A stretch of DNA of 64,000 nucleotides from a virus. The stretch covers positions 32,001 to 96,000 of the IMG/VR virus record IMGVR_UViG_3300043788_000060; one strand, given 5' to 3'. The notes beneath the pieces are model-generated. The model was not told the DNA's origin, ran no database searches, and saw only the letters and a list, made by a program, of their open reading frames with translations. Made by a program: the position numbers and the translations under genes. This document shows, piece by piece, positions 34,101 through 42,229 of this stretch; position 1 is the stretch's first letter; each line of letters starts with the position of its first letter.

Positions 34101-35031
34101 GTCCTGTACCGACACGACGCACAGCGTGAACATCGCTAAGGGCGATTTGATCGATCTATTGTTGGTCTCTTCCGGCACGGTAACCGCTGGTGTTCCTCAA
34201 ATTATCGCAAACTATGCAGTCGGCACGAGTGGTGTCGGTGTGACTAGTATTGCCACTACAGGCCCCATCACTGGCGGGACAATCACTTCGACGGGTACCA
34301 TCGCCTGCGCGACGTGCGTTACCAGCGCCGCGTCACTGACGGCCAACGGCATCGTAATTGGCGCAGGGAGTCAAGGGGCACAAACCTTGGCTTTAGTGGC
34401 GAACGCGGTCCTCAGCACAAACAGTATCGGCGTGCCATCGGAAAGCACAACGTTGCCTATCGCGCTGACGATTCCCGACGCTGCATCGATTCAGGCGCAG
34501 ACGGTTCTTCCGCTCACGCAAGTTGGCATCTACAATACAGCGGCTCTGCCGGTAACGACTACCAATCCGGCATTGACTTCTTACACTGTCTCAAAGAATC
34601 GTCGCGCCTGCGTGATCGATAACGATACGCAGTCAGCGACCGCACTGACAGCGGCGCAGTTCTCAGGGAAATGCGTCATTCCGTTTGCGGCGACCATCGT
34701 CGAAGTAGACGTTTCGGGCGGAACGCAGACCTTGAACGGAACCGCGACGGCTCCGACTTACACAGGTACAAGTTCGATCCAGATCGGCAAATCTGGAGCG
34801 CAAAACGTAACCGGAATTCTTTCGGGAGTTCTTGCTACGGCTTCGGGCAGGGCCTGTGCGGTTGCGGGAACTTCGGGAACCTGCATTTTCGATAACGGTA
34901 TGACCAGCAGCACGACAGTACAACTGTCTGATACCTCGGTCGCAGCCGGAGATCAACTTTACATTTCTGCCGCAACGGCGGACGCAACACAGACGTGGTA
35001 CGACGTAACCATTGTCTACACGGTAAATTAA
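28144..35031 (+). CDS. giant tail fiber/tailspike-like protein with Sec-type signal peptide
   Basis: MKKFLLIVALFLAICPLSGLNA-Q; attachment domain; beta-helix entry motif VIDIRNTAFAGGAVIDGHTD; many GxVTSV and PCGSG fiber repeats; Cys-rich. Confidence 0.8.
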   Translation: MKKFLLIVALFLAICPLSGLNAQATTGYHRVNQVLSRASTGINAQVVPNARITVTQTATGTAATIYSDPLLSNLITPSVVTADNAGNYSYYVPLNYCVTETITAPGQGTQIIPNICSNSASSSTFPSPPSFSVQFANSGSSAFDSDSTINVTPSTHTLTSPTVQPGQDVTQSSPVIDIRNTAFAGGAVIDGHTDISPAVCAARESWSASHPGQSQTILLACGGGGSSASCWWANPLASCSGSIGSDFKYVLQGTLNVGTTLSVGAGGASIGASEFDGESGEFGTQFQGTLATAVVNGPLCFGTLGTAITTINTPVTVTPTFSGTTIGGACSIANLPVNSALTMRGMETSAATGTRSSTSLSGSGGYAVLTLSSAVRISAGSNIQVTGCSDTAFNTGTLGTLSQSVVATPDYPNQQLGYYISTSGTGSSTGCTVKGASDDRFETELVQCSNGTANPGYSCGAGQITFVNAHTYASTDQWGEVAMESPFNDGAGGTGLVMKRILVQGSAGAEFFSDESIHETFEDDGFIAFGTPTSIPFEADYPQNLTVHSSAFNSVNNGYSTCQSGNCGNVSYPFGFRCTMIPPSISSYQAGTCNNSKIDTYSQVRGGIKVDTNGFSLNFGIEAAAPELDRVLIEEPVWGGITFDTRDGVTGPVYIKDSYLQDFVSGSTDQAFIAAENPGGTGYIFENNTYSENPFLVNKYWYSPAISVRGNISDQLYTPWPYQGIGAVGLFEDNGFLKGEVEAPAFTGFESLPFGSLAVNQSPASWTSACSTNCTVTTVQDPTGGQNGANIASNSTTHQTILISIQSVSTYPGDQFIFMDWLRPGTGQLIPNDWRGNYPFQLQTLGTDTFQNNGCESGIGSNTACATNYGLPMLNDDWAPYVATATIGTGESAAHFMEFNLESGQCTNGSILNCGTQHFCPQWAFVPGPNNPSYTGVSTFDVQIARMYNYHGCAPGGLLAGQVATNQTVVAAQIIDSGTPSSTAPLCPNGPNGQFTTSGCVAGAVTSVSNSDGTLTIFPTTSAVVASLNTSHANSWTGLQTFGTDISIGGVTATGATGTGNVVFSAAPTFTGTITGVNLTLTGIESGSGSSCLQISTAGVISNTGAPCGSGSGAVNSITGDGGIITNSLSTGAVTLTLGATEAGQFIVASGSGTAVWGKQVTLGHQNDSGALANGSLTIAGSTTASGNLTLNGTGSSPGQMSLFLNSAGTIMDLGSTNATVSAAGAYVGTNVTDSALNVAGLVTNSSAGLLGTEANCTIAQGCTNATSATAGTVPNATSGTASSWTPTPALGTDNSVSGTLQLSNNTANAHSILGSAATTSNTVKLFATTPTNLDLIYCASSGGVCTLTDAGYAYNSIPLADIASQSANIIVGTTTSGSPVALSAPSCSGATNALIWTTGTGFGCNTITTSSVAFSGLTSSTNTTAAMVVGTGASLSTSGSGTIVATSSPFSGLTTSTNTTATMTVGTGATITYSGSAVINSTAVESAGAITTNATYYFPIISSSSSGNYELNAVAGLTINPSTGSMDVPSGIATGGLSNTISGGTAGFYGPIEGTAPTAITGSGNFDIIYADSTLHADMECPESNSTAVTTCLPVALMPATSTAGDVVYSTNSNGYNLSDAGYPYNAIPNADLAHSAITIAGTSVSLGGSTTSLPSPGVIGGTTPAAATFTALTANTSLVINGGTAQTGTQGTDTKLLTAGTISGTSILLCTDANGGATTTSCPSGGSGVVSAAAQYDIAYYTQSGTTAQVGGAAISGFQFDSTSGAPAAATAAQLGTLAAIATGDLVYSGGTSSALQGSADFTISSHTLTGGSNAIFDMSAGVNVKLPVTASYTSAANGEQGYDSTNKNWHIWGNAVDNFNVIVPVSTSITNGHCSQWSLSGGVLTLIDAGSTCGSDSGGGISGWSGTPLTFISSTTQYAPPVGGGLTATSESTADVAAPAAETISSLAVSLSAALGAGATLQVTFRDNGASTALTCTTASGGTSCTDTTHSVNIAKGDLIDLLLVSSGTVTAGVPQIIANYAVGTSGVGVTSIATTGPITGGTITSTGTIACATCVTSAASLTANGIVIGAGSQGAQTLALVANAVLSTNSIGVPSESTTLPIALTIPDAASIQAQTVLPLTQVGIYNTAALPVTTTNPALTSYTVSKNRRACVIDNDTQSATALTAAQFSGKCVIPFAATIVEVDVSGGTQTLNGTATAPTYTGTSSIQIGKSGAQNVTGILSGVLATASGRACAVAGTSGTCIFDNGMTSSTTVQLSDTSVAAGDQLYISAATADATQTWYDVTIVYTVN

Positions 35032-35044
35032 CCAAGGAGAATCT

Positions 35045-35836
35045 ATGAAGAAGTTTATTTTTGTGATCGCGATGCTGGTAATTGCCGCCGTGATTGGGGG
35101 TGCCCAGAACCAAGCTCCTGTTACAGGTCCAATTGCTCCTAACGGGTTTGCCATACCAAACGTCAATTTGATAGACGATTTTCTCGGCAATACTCCAGCG
35201 ACTTCGACGACAATCGGGCAATTGGGGTGGGATTCTACCGTTGTTTCTGGTGGAACCAACCCAGTTGCTGCTACGGCTTCTGTAGCCAATCATCCGGGGC
35301 TGATTACCCTCACTACTGCTGCAACAACTGGTGACGGTGTATATGTGTCGTTGGGTCACGCGGTGGGAGTTCTATTTCCCGGTAACACAACCAACTGGCA
35401 AGCGGAATGGATTCAGGAGTACAACCAGATATCCACAGGTTCAACTAGAATCGGTTTTGGTACTGTCGATTCGTCTTCTGCTATTCCGACAAACGGCATC
35501 TATATCCGATATCTTCAAGGCACGGACTCTTTCTTGAATGTCTGCTCGGATACTTCTTCAACAGAGACCTGCGGGGCGACGACCATTCTTCCAACCGCAG
35601 CGGACTACGTTGACATCATTATGAGTTCGTCTGCTACCGGGACGATCAGCGTCACGGTAAACGACATCACGACTCCGGCGACTTCTACGATAAGGGTATG
35701 CTCAAGCGGCTGCAACGTTACAGCGACTCCTCCAACAGGAGTCCTATCACCTATGTTCTCAATCGTTTCAACCAGCAACACGGCGGATGTCCTGACTGTG
35801 GATTATTGGAACTATCAACAAATCGCCGCCAGATAA
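35045..35836 (+). CDS. secreted beta-sandwich fiber-tip-like protein
   Basis: Signal peptide MKKFIFVIAMLVIAAVIGGA; DDFLG..GQLGW..HPG..LTVDY motif pattern. Confidence 0.7.
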   Translation: MKKFIFVIAMLVIAAVIGGAQNQAPVTGPIAPNGFAIPNVNLIDDFLGNTPATSTTIGQLGWDSTVVSGGTNPVAATASVANHPGLITLTTAATTGDGVYVSLGHAVGVLFPGNTTNWQAEWIQEYNQISTGSTRIGFGTVDSSSAIPTNGIYIRYLQGTDSFLNVCSDTSSTETCGATTILPTAADYVDIIMSSSATGTISVTVNDITTPATSTIRVCSSGCNVTATPPTGVLSPMFSIVSTSNTADVLTVDYWNYQQIAAR

Positions 35837-35840
35837 TATA

Positions 35841-37373
35841 ATGAAACGACTTATCCTATTTTTGTTCTTTCTGTTCTCGGTACCTACGTGGGCGGTTACC
35901 CCAGTTGTTCTTCAGTATTTCGGCGGTCCGAATGAGTCAAACGAGTTTGCGCTTACGACCAGTTTGACAAAGAATGTTCCGTTGGCTAGAGCCGCGACTG
36001 CTGGGGATACGCTCGTCTGGTGCATGTACTACAACACCGGAAGCGGCTGGGCTGTCAAGACAGATGCAGGCGCTGAGACTTTTACCGAAGGCGTTCATGG
36101 AACCGATTCGGGTGTCGGAACATTGGACTGCTACTACTTCATCAACTTGGCAGGCGGTGAAACTAGTATCCAGATCACGCACACGTCAGGGAGTCCTACC
36201 TATGTGGGCGGAGTGGGATACGAAGTGAACAACATCACCGCTCATCACGTCGCCGGAACCTGTACGTCGGGGTCAGGGGCACTAGGACAGGCAGCTTCTA
36301 CGACAGTTACTTCCGGCACTACAGGGACAGTCGCATCGGGAGATTGGCTTTCTGTCTACACCTTTCAATTCTCGACGCCGCAATTGACGGTTGCCTACGC
36401 TCCTGTGACCCACGCGAACATCACTTGGCAGATGATTCATTCGGAACTGATGGTCGCGCAAGCCATGATGGTAGGTCAATATAGCACTACCACAGCCTTC
36501 CAGCCTTCAATGACTCAAGCCAACGTGCAGACCTCGAATATGTGTACGGATGCTTTCACGACGGGCACCAGTGGAGCGGCGGGATTCCCGACAGGCGAAG
36601 TTGTGGCTGGAGTGCAGGCCGAGACGTTCTTGAACGGTGGCACGAATCCGATGGATATAGAAATAACGCCTATCGGAAACACGCTCGTGGTAATGGGACC
36701 AACGGGGTTTGGTGGATATTTCACGTCGGTCACGAGCAGTCCAAGTGCAACGTGGAAGTGGAATGACGGGTCGGGCAGCGACCCGGCTAGGTGTTTCGAT
36801 TCAGGCGATGTTACCGAGACGCCTTACTTCTACGCTACGGGTCTGACTCCGGGCACGACCTACACCATCACGGTAACTTCTAATACGGCGGCAGTCGATA
36901 CAGCCTTCGCTGAGTTCGATATTGCTAAAGGGTCAACCCCGAACATCGGTAGCGCCGGTTCATGTAATACCGGTGTTTTTTCTGCGACCAGTGGAAATCT
37001 GAATATCAGCCTTACCACAGGAGGCGGTGCGGCGACCAATGCGGCCTTTGTACCAACGAGCGCCAATGGGATCGTTATTTCCAGCGACAGCGTATCGTTC
37101 GATACAAACTCTGGCACTACAACCTCCGGCGCATTTGTCAATATGGGCTACAACAGCGGAGCGACCCAGATTGGAAACAGCCCGTGGTACGAGAATGACG
37201 GAGATTTAAGCTATCCGCATAGTTCAACGTCGAGTGTGGCCTTCATCTACACAATCACCAGTTCTCCCCCCAACACATCAAGTGATGTAAGTGATTGGTC
37301 CGCTTCTACCATCGATGTTCCCGCAGCGTCATCACCGAGCACTTCCATACACCATAAGGTTACATCGGAATGA
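35841..37373 (+). CDS. secreted T/S/G-rich repeat protein
   Basis: Signal peptide MKRLILFLFFLFSVPTWA; repeated beta-sandwich modules. Confidence 0.7.
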   Translation: MKRLILFLFFLFSVPTWAVTPVVLQYFGGPNESNEFALTTSLTKNVPLARAATAGDTLVWCMYYNTGSGWAVKTDAGAETFTEGVHGTDSGVGTLDCYYFINLAGGETSIQITHTSGSPTYVGGVGYEVNNITAHHVAGTCTSGSGALGQAASTTVTSGTTGTVASGDWLSVYTFQFSTPQLTVAYAPVTHANITWQMIHSELMVAQAMMVGQYSTTTAFQPSMTQANVQTSNMCTDAFTTGTSGAAGFPTGEVVAGVQAETFLNGGTNPMDIEITPIGNTLVVMGPTGFGGYFTSVTSSPSATWKWNDGSGSDPARCFDSGDVTETPYFYATGLTPGTTYTITVTSNTAAVDTAFAEFDIAKGSTPNIGSAGSCNTGVFSATSGNLNISLTTGGGAATNAAFVPTSANGIVISSDSVSFDTNSGTTTSGAFVNMGYNSGATQIGNSPWYENDGDLSYPHSSTSSVAFIYTITSSPPNTSSDVSDWSASTIDVPAASSPSTSIHHKVTSE

Positions 37374-39793
37374 AGAAACTCTTTCTTCTTGCATTTGCTA
37401 TCGTGCTGACGGCACCGTTATGCGCCCAATCGTGGTCGAACGTACTATCTTCTTCGCGGGCCATAAACTGGACCAACGCCGGATTACCTGCCACGTTGCC
37501 TGATGGGGAAACGACTCCCAATCCGTGGACCCCTCCGACTCGTCCCGCATGTACCACGGGGCAGGCCGGAACAACCGTTCCCATTCCCTCGGGTGCTTCG
37601 GTTACGACGATCAACTCGGCCATTGCTTCCTGTGCAGCAGCCAACCCAAACGGATCATACCTGCTGCTTGGTGGGTCTACAGCCAGTCCTGCGACGTTCA
37701 CTGTCGCGTCCACGCAGTTAAGACTCGTTGATACCTCGGGCGGCATTTCGCACAACGCTGTCACCCTGCGAGGTGGCGGAGCAATGGCAACGAAGATTGT
37801 AGTGACAGGTACAGGTGTAGTTGTCTTTGGAAATGCTTGGAGTTCTGGATCGGCTCCGTGGACCGCCGGGTTTAGTCAAGGCACAACATCAATCACCGTT
37901 GGAACTCCTACATCAGGAACTATTCCTGTGGCAGGCAATTTGGTTCTATTACAGATGTGCAACACCGGGTTTTCTGGAGCGGGCTGCTCTACCGGATCAG
38001 TTGCAGATAACGGCAATGTGTTTCTGTGTGGTGGATCAACTTTCTGCGCAAATCAGGCAGGCAACGATACTCTTCAGGGTCAGATGGTAAGAGTCACCAG
38101 CGTAACCGGCTCAGGCCCATACACAGTTAATTTCACACCCGGTCTTTACATGCAAAATTGGACTTCTACCGGAGGGGGTTCGACGATGAGTTGGACCGGG
38201 GCTGGGTCGATTAACTCTCCTTATGGTATAGGTCTGGAAGATTTGACGGTTGATGAGACGGGAATATGGAACACAGAAAACTTTGGCATTCAATTTGATT
38301 ATGTCTACGCATCGTGGATGAAAGGCGTCCGCGTAGTGGGGTCAGGAGAAGCGGATTCGGTCGAGTTCGAGGATTGCAAAAATAGTCTGATATTCAACTC
38401 TATGTTTGATGACTATTCCTACAATCGTGGAGATTTATCTCTTTCTATTCAGGAAACCAACGATTCCGATAATCTAATCCTAAATACTCAGATGCTCCAC
38501 GGACTGTCTTGGGAAGGTCATGGACCCAACGAGGGGGATATTCTGGCGTACAACTTCATTGGCCAGACTCATACCCTTTATTATGAAGCAAATCCGTTTC
38601 AGCACACCCCGGGCACGGCGTTTACTCTTTATGAAGGAAATGAAACCGGCCATATCACAGACGATGACACTTGGGGAACCGCAAACCTGAATACGTTTTT
38701 CCGGAACTATATGTCGGGATGGGACCCGCCGTATCTTCTCTCAAGCCAGTGCGCTTCTTTATCATGTGTGGCAATGAAAGTGGATGGGGGGCACCGATTC
38801 GCTAATGTCATTGGTAATGCTATTGGAAGCCCGTTCCTGACGAACTATCAGGCTACATTGTCAACCCCAACTAACGGGATCACCAATAACGCTGTCTATC
38901 GATGGTCAGCAGACATGAACGACCCCCTCGTTTTGCTCACAGTCATGAGATGGGGAAATGTTTCTTCAGTAACGCAATCGTCAGACACTCCTGCTAATTC
39001 AGGTATCCGGTTTGTATCGTCAGAAGTTCCCTCTTCGATCAACGTCAATGGGCAGTGTTCTGCTAGCGCCAGTCCATATTCCTGTTGCACAGGATCGGGA
39101 ACAGGAACATGCTCTGCTTCGACGTGGGCGAATTCAGTACCTTCCAATGACAATCTGCCGTGTTCGTTTTTCCTTGCCGGATATACTGGAACCAGTTGTA
39201 CTCCTACCCACACAGGTGGTACTGGGCTAAGCTGGTGGAAAGTATGCAAAACATGGGCGACTTTTCCCACTTCCTGCTCCGCCACCCAAACCCAAGCCTT
39301 TCCGATTGCCGGTCCAGACATCACGAGCGGTCCATACGTTGGGGGAACGGCTTATGATGTTCCGGCCTACGTTGCGTTTACCACTCTGCCGGTTGATACG
39401 ACCTACGAGAATTCCTACTCGATCACCGGCTCCAGCTGGTCGGGGACTTGCGCAAACCAACCATCGGGAACCTATGCTTGTGAAACCCTGACTGTCACCG
39501 GATTACCTTCCGGCAGCGCCCACATTATGGGCGATATCCAGATATCAGGGACTTCCGGATGCAACACGTCTACGAACGGTGTATTTACCATGACAGCGTC
39601 AAGTCTTAGCGGCACTACAGGAACCATAGTGTATCCTTTGGCTTCTAACCCCGGTTCATGTTCTGGCGGAACCATGCTATTTCCGGTGGTACGTCAGTTC
39701 GATGAAGCAGTCTATCAAAACGATCCTGCGGGAAACCCAATCGGATCAGTCCTATCCCCCTCAAACATATTTGGAAAATCAGTAATTCAATAA
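37370..39793 (+). CDS. secreted pectin-lyase-like beta-helix protein (depolymerase candidate)
   Basis: Signal peptide MKKLFLLAFAIVLTAPLCA-Q; TINSAIASC, VTLRGGG, GIGLEDL and LYEGN beta-helix motifs. Confidence 0.72.
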   Translation: MKKLFLLAFAIVLTAPLCAQSWSNVLSSSRAINWTNAGLPATLPDGETTPNPWTPPTRPACTTGQAGTTVPIPSGASVTTINSAIASCAAANPNGSYLLLGGSTASPATFTVASTQLRLVDTSGGISHNAVTLRGGGAMATKIVVTGTGVVVFGNAWSSGSAPWTAGFSQGTTSITVGTPTSGTIPVAGNLVLLQMCNTGFSGAGCSTGSVADNGNVFLCGGSTFCANQAGNDTLQGQMVRVTSVTGSGPYTVNFTPGLYMQNWTSTGGGSTMSWTGAGSINSPYGIGLEDLTVDETGIWNTENFGIQFDYVYASWMKGVRVVGSGEADSVEFEDCKNSLIFNSMFDDYSYNRGDLSLSIQETNDSDNLILNTQMLHGLSWEGHGPNEGDILAYNFIGQTHTLYYEANPFQHTPGTAFTLYEGNETGHITDDDTWGTANLNTFFRNYMSGWDPPYLLSSQCASLSCVAMKVDGGHRFANVIGNAIGSPFLTNYQATLSTPTNGITNNAVYRWSADMNDPLVLLTVMRWGNVSSVTQSSDTPANSGIRFVSSEVPSSINVNGQCSASASPYSCCTGSGTGTCSASTWANSVPSNDNLPCSFFLAGYTGTSCTPTHTGGTGLSWWKVCKTWATFPTSCSATQTQAFPIAGPDITSGPYVGGTAYDVPAYVAFTTLPVDTTYENSYSITGSSWSGTCANQPSGTYACETLTVTGLPSGSAHIMGDIQISGTSGCNTSTNGVFTMTASSLSGTTGTIVYPLASNPGSCSGGTMLFPVVRQFDEAVYQNDPAGNPIGSVLSPSNIFGKSVIQ

Positions 39794-39801
39794 GGAAAAC
39801 A

Positions 39802-40317
39802 ATGAAAAAGTTTGTTCTTTCGCTTATCTTTTCGGCATCGGCGTTATTAGCTGGAGTCGGTTGCGCACACGCAGGTCAGCTTCCTCCAACGCCCGGATAC
39901 AACACCGTGTGGACATGGACGGCCCCTAGCCCGTGTAGCGGGTGTACCTATGTTGTGTCCACGCTCGTTCTGTCCAGTGGGACGACTTGCCCCGCGTCAA
40001 CAGGATCGAATTACATCCCTCAACAAACTGTGACCACAGGAGTAACTGGGACGACTTGGACCCAGACAAACACAACTGGGTTGACGTTGTGTGCTGTTGC
40101 CCAGACAATTCAGGGGGGAAATACTTCCACTGCTTCAGCACAAAGCGCAGCGGTAATTAACCCGACCCTGCCATCAGCCCCCGGAGTACCAAGCGGAAAT
40201 TCGGCGGTATCTGCGTTGGCTCCCCCTGTCTCCCCAAACTCCCTGCCAGTGCCTAGCTCCCAGATGGCAATGAATATTCCTATGCAGATTGTAGGACATT
40301 CGGTTCCGAGACAATAA
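39802..40317 (+). CDS. secreted FN3-like protein
   Basis: Signal peptide ending AHA (or lipobox-like VGC); WTWTAP..Y.V..S..S pattern. Confidence 0.62.
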   Translation: MKKFVLSLIFSASALLAGVGCAHAGQLPPTPGYNTVWTWTAPSPCSGCTYVVSTLVLSSGTTCPASTGSNYIPQQTVTTGVTGTTWTQTNTTGLTLCAVAQTIQGGNTSTASAQSAAVINPTLPSAPGVPSGNSAVSALAPPVSPNSLPVPSSQMAMNIPMQIVGHSVPRQ

Positions 40318-40351
40318 TTAGCAATTAGTCCATTATTCGGACGGAGAAACG

Positions 40352-41443
40352 ATGCCTGTATTACCCGGGAACCAAGCTAATTCGCCGACAGTTCAGCAGA
40401 TAGCTCAACAACTAAAAGCGGACCCCTCTTTCTATAACATATTAGGAGGGGCTGCTGGTTGGGCTACCGAACCAATCCTGACTATCGCCAACGAAGTTCT
40501 GTCGCGAATTCTCGCCGAGAACATGCCTTGGATTTGGAATCGGGCAATCGTTCCTCCGTTCTTAACTGTCAGCCTTCAGCAGGATTATTGCACTCAGCTT
40601 ACGGATATTGGGTGGTTGGAAGATGGCTGGCGTATAGACATCAACAACTCGACATCGAATAACAACGGGGCCCCGAAACCTATCTTTAGCCTCGAAACGG
40701 TCAGGTACACCCCGCAGGCGTCCGCCCAATCCGTACCATTCAACATTAGCTTCGTCCCTAACTCACAGGCGTTTCTAGGATCGTGGCAGGCTAATACTGC
40801 TTATGGTTGTGGGTATGGAGTTCCTATGACTCCTCGAACCCCCATCCAGCAGTTCATGGATGTAAATGGCAACATCCTATACATCGACTCGACCCAACTA
40901 GGATTGACCATTTCTTCTCCGGGGTACACTGGAACTACCATCCTTCCCCCCGGAACAGTGTTTCCTTACGGCACATCTGGGGCTACTCAACCCGCCGCTC
41001 CTCCTAACGCTACTCCCGGAACTTTAGTTCAGGATGGTTCGGTCATTTGGGCAGTCGCTGATCCAAATGGTTATGCGATACGGCTATTTCCTCTTCCGGC
41101 GTTGAACGGTCTCTGTTGGTGGATCGTAACTCAGTATCAGGTAGCTCCCCCGGTTATCGCAAGATTGCAAGATTCGATTGCTCCTATTCCTAACTACATG
41201 GCGTACCTCTTCCGTCAAGGGTGCCGGGCGATGCTCTATCAGTTTCAAGGAAACCAGCAAGGTACTCAAATGTATCAGGAGTGGGAAGAGCAACTTTTTA
41301 AGGCTTTGAGAGCGGGGGACCGCCAGCAATCAGACGAGCGTCTATACCCTGATCATTCAATTATGGGAAGCTACAACCCGTGGATGGACCCTGCTGGCAT
41401 TGGCGCAGCTTGGCCTTATGGCCCCGGCCCGTATGCCTATTGA
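40352..41443 (+). CDS. head-tail adaptor-like protein 2
   Basis: PWIWNR, IRLFPLP and APIPNY motifs; paralog of 27121..27837 with a W-repeat insert. Confidence 0.7.
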   Translation: MPVLPGNQANSPTVQQIAQQLKADPSFYNILGGAAGWATEPILTIANEVLSRILAENMPWIWNRAIVPPFLTVSLQQDYCTQLTDIGWLEDGWRIDINNSTSNNNGAPKPIFSLETVRYTPQASAQSVPFNISFVPNSQAFLGSWQANTAYGCGYGVPMTPRTPIQQFMDVNGNILYIDSTQLGLTISSPGYTGTTILPPGTVFPYGTSGATQPAAPPNATPGTLVQDGSVIWAVADPNGYAIRLFPLPALNGLCWWIVTQYQVAPPVIARLQDSIAPIPNYMAYLFRQGCRAMLYQFQGNQQGTQMYQEWEEQLFKALRAGDRQQSDERLYPDHSIMGSYNPWMDPAGIGAAWPYGPGPYAY

Positions 41444-42165
41444 TATTGGTCTGTGATTGATGGTCTCATTTTGATTCCGGCCTTTTTGAGCCTGTGCCGC
41501 ACCCCAGCTTCCGTTAAAGGAAATAGTTTGGAAATTTGTGGGCAACTTTTTCCTTCCAAATAAAGCTTAATCAGGTCTTCCGTTTTTACTTCTTGGTTGA
41601 AGGAAGTACTCTTATCTCCAGAAAATCTTTCCCTAAGTTTCTGTCGAGTTTCTTCGGATAAAGAAGGACGATTCTTTTGGGCTTCCCCGATCTTTTTCCT
41701 TGTTATTTCTGATACGGGCGGTCGAGGATTGATGAGCAAAGATTTTTTAATGGCTTCGCTCATCTTCTTTCGAGATTCTAAGCTGTGTTTGAATCCTTTT
41801 GGAAGACCGCCGCTTTCCCTCACTTCTTCCGATGGTTTTCCATTAGCTCCCCCTCTTTTTAGGTTATAACCTTTGGATTTATTCATCGAATCATAAGCCG
41901 CTATGTAGAGGTCTTCCATCAAGTCTAATTCCTCTTTTGATTGGCAAGAACAAAGAAGTTCGATTTTGAATGATTCTTTTCCATACCGACGAATTGCCCG
42001 GAAAAGAGGCGTATCCTGCCCCTTGTATTTTCCCGACAGATATGCCACGGCGTGGGATACGTGATTGCGAAACCGCAGTTTTAGGGACGACACTGTCTGG
42101 CCAACATAAATCTTTTTGTTGACTAAGCATGTAATCAAGTAAATTCTACCGTAAACCAAAATCAT
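41437..42165 (-). CDS. free-standing GIY-YIG homing endonuclease with NUMOD3 repeats and terminal HTH
   Basis: GRIYLITC..KIYVGQT..RF..H, GYNL, HSLESRKKMSEA repeats. Confidence 0.9.
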   Translation of the reverse strand: MILVYGRIYLITCLVNKKIYVGQTVSSLKLRFRNHVSHAVAYLSGKYKGQDTPLFRAIRRYGKESFKIELLCSCQSKEELDLMEDLYIAAYDSMNKSKGYNLKRGGANGKPSEEVRESGGLPKGFKHSLESRKKMSEAIKKSLLINPRPPVSEITRKKIGEAQKNRPSLSEETRQKLRERFSGDKSTSFNQEVKTEDLIKLYLEGKSCPQISKLFPLTEAGVRHRLKKAGIKMRPSITDQYQ

Positions 42166-42171
42166 AGTTTT

Positions 42172-42199
42172 ATTATACCACACTTCCCCAGTTTGTCAA
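42172..42199 (-). promoter_or_regulatory. consensus sigma70 promoter for the GIY-YIG gene
   Basis: TTGACA-16-TATAAT with TGTGG extension on the minus strand. Confidence 0.85.
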
Positions 42200-42229
42200 C
42201 ACCCAACGTAAAAATTTCTTTAGAGGACC

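Noticed and set aside
28995-39675. Many antisense and alternate-frame ORFs inside the fiber genes
   Set aside because: Shadow ORFs produced by the T/S/G/A-rich codon bias of the long + strand genes
28144-40317. Diversity-generating retroelement or invertible fiber cassette
   Set aside because: No reverse transcriptase, invertase, or TR/VR near-duplicate seen in the window
41437-42200. GIY-YIG gene as part of an intron
   Set aside because: It is antisense and intergenic between two complete genes, with no group I core nearby
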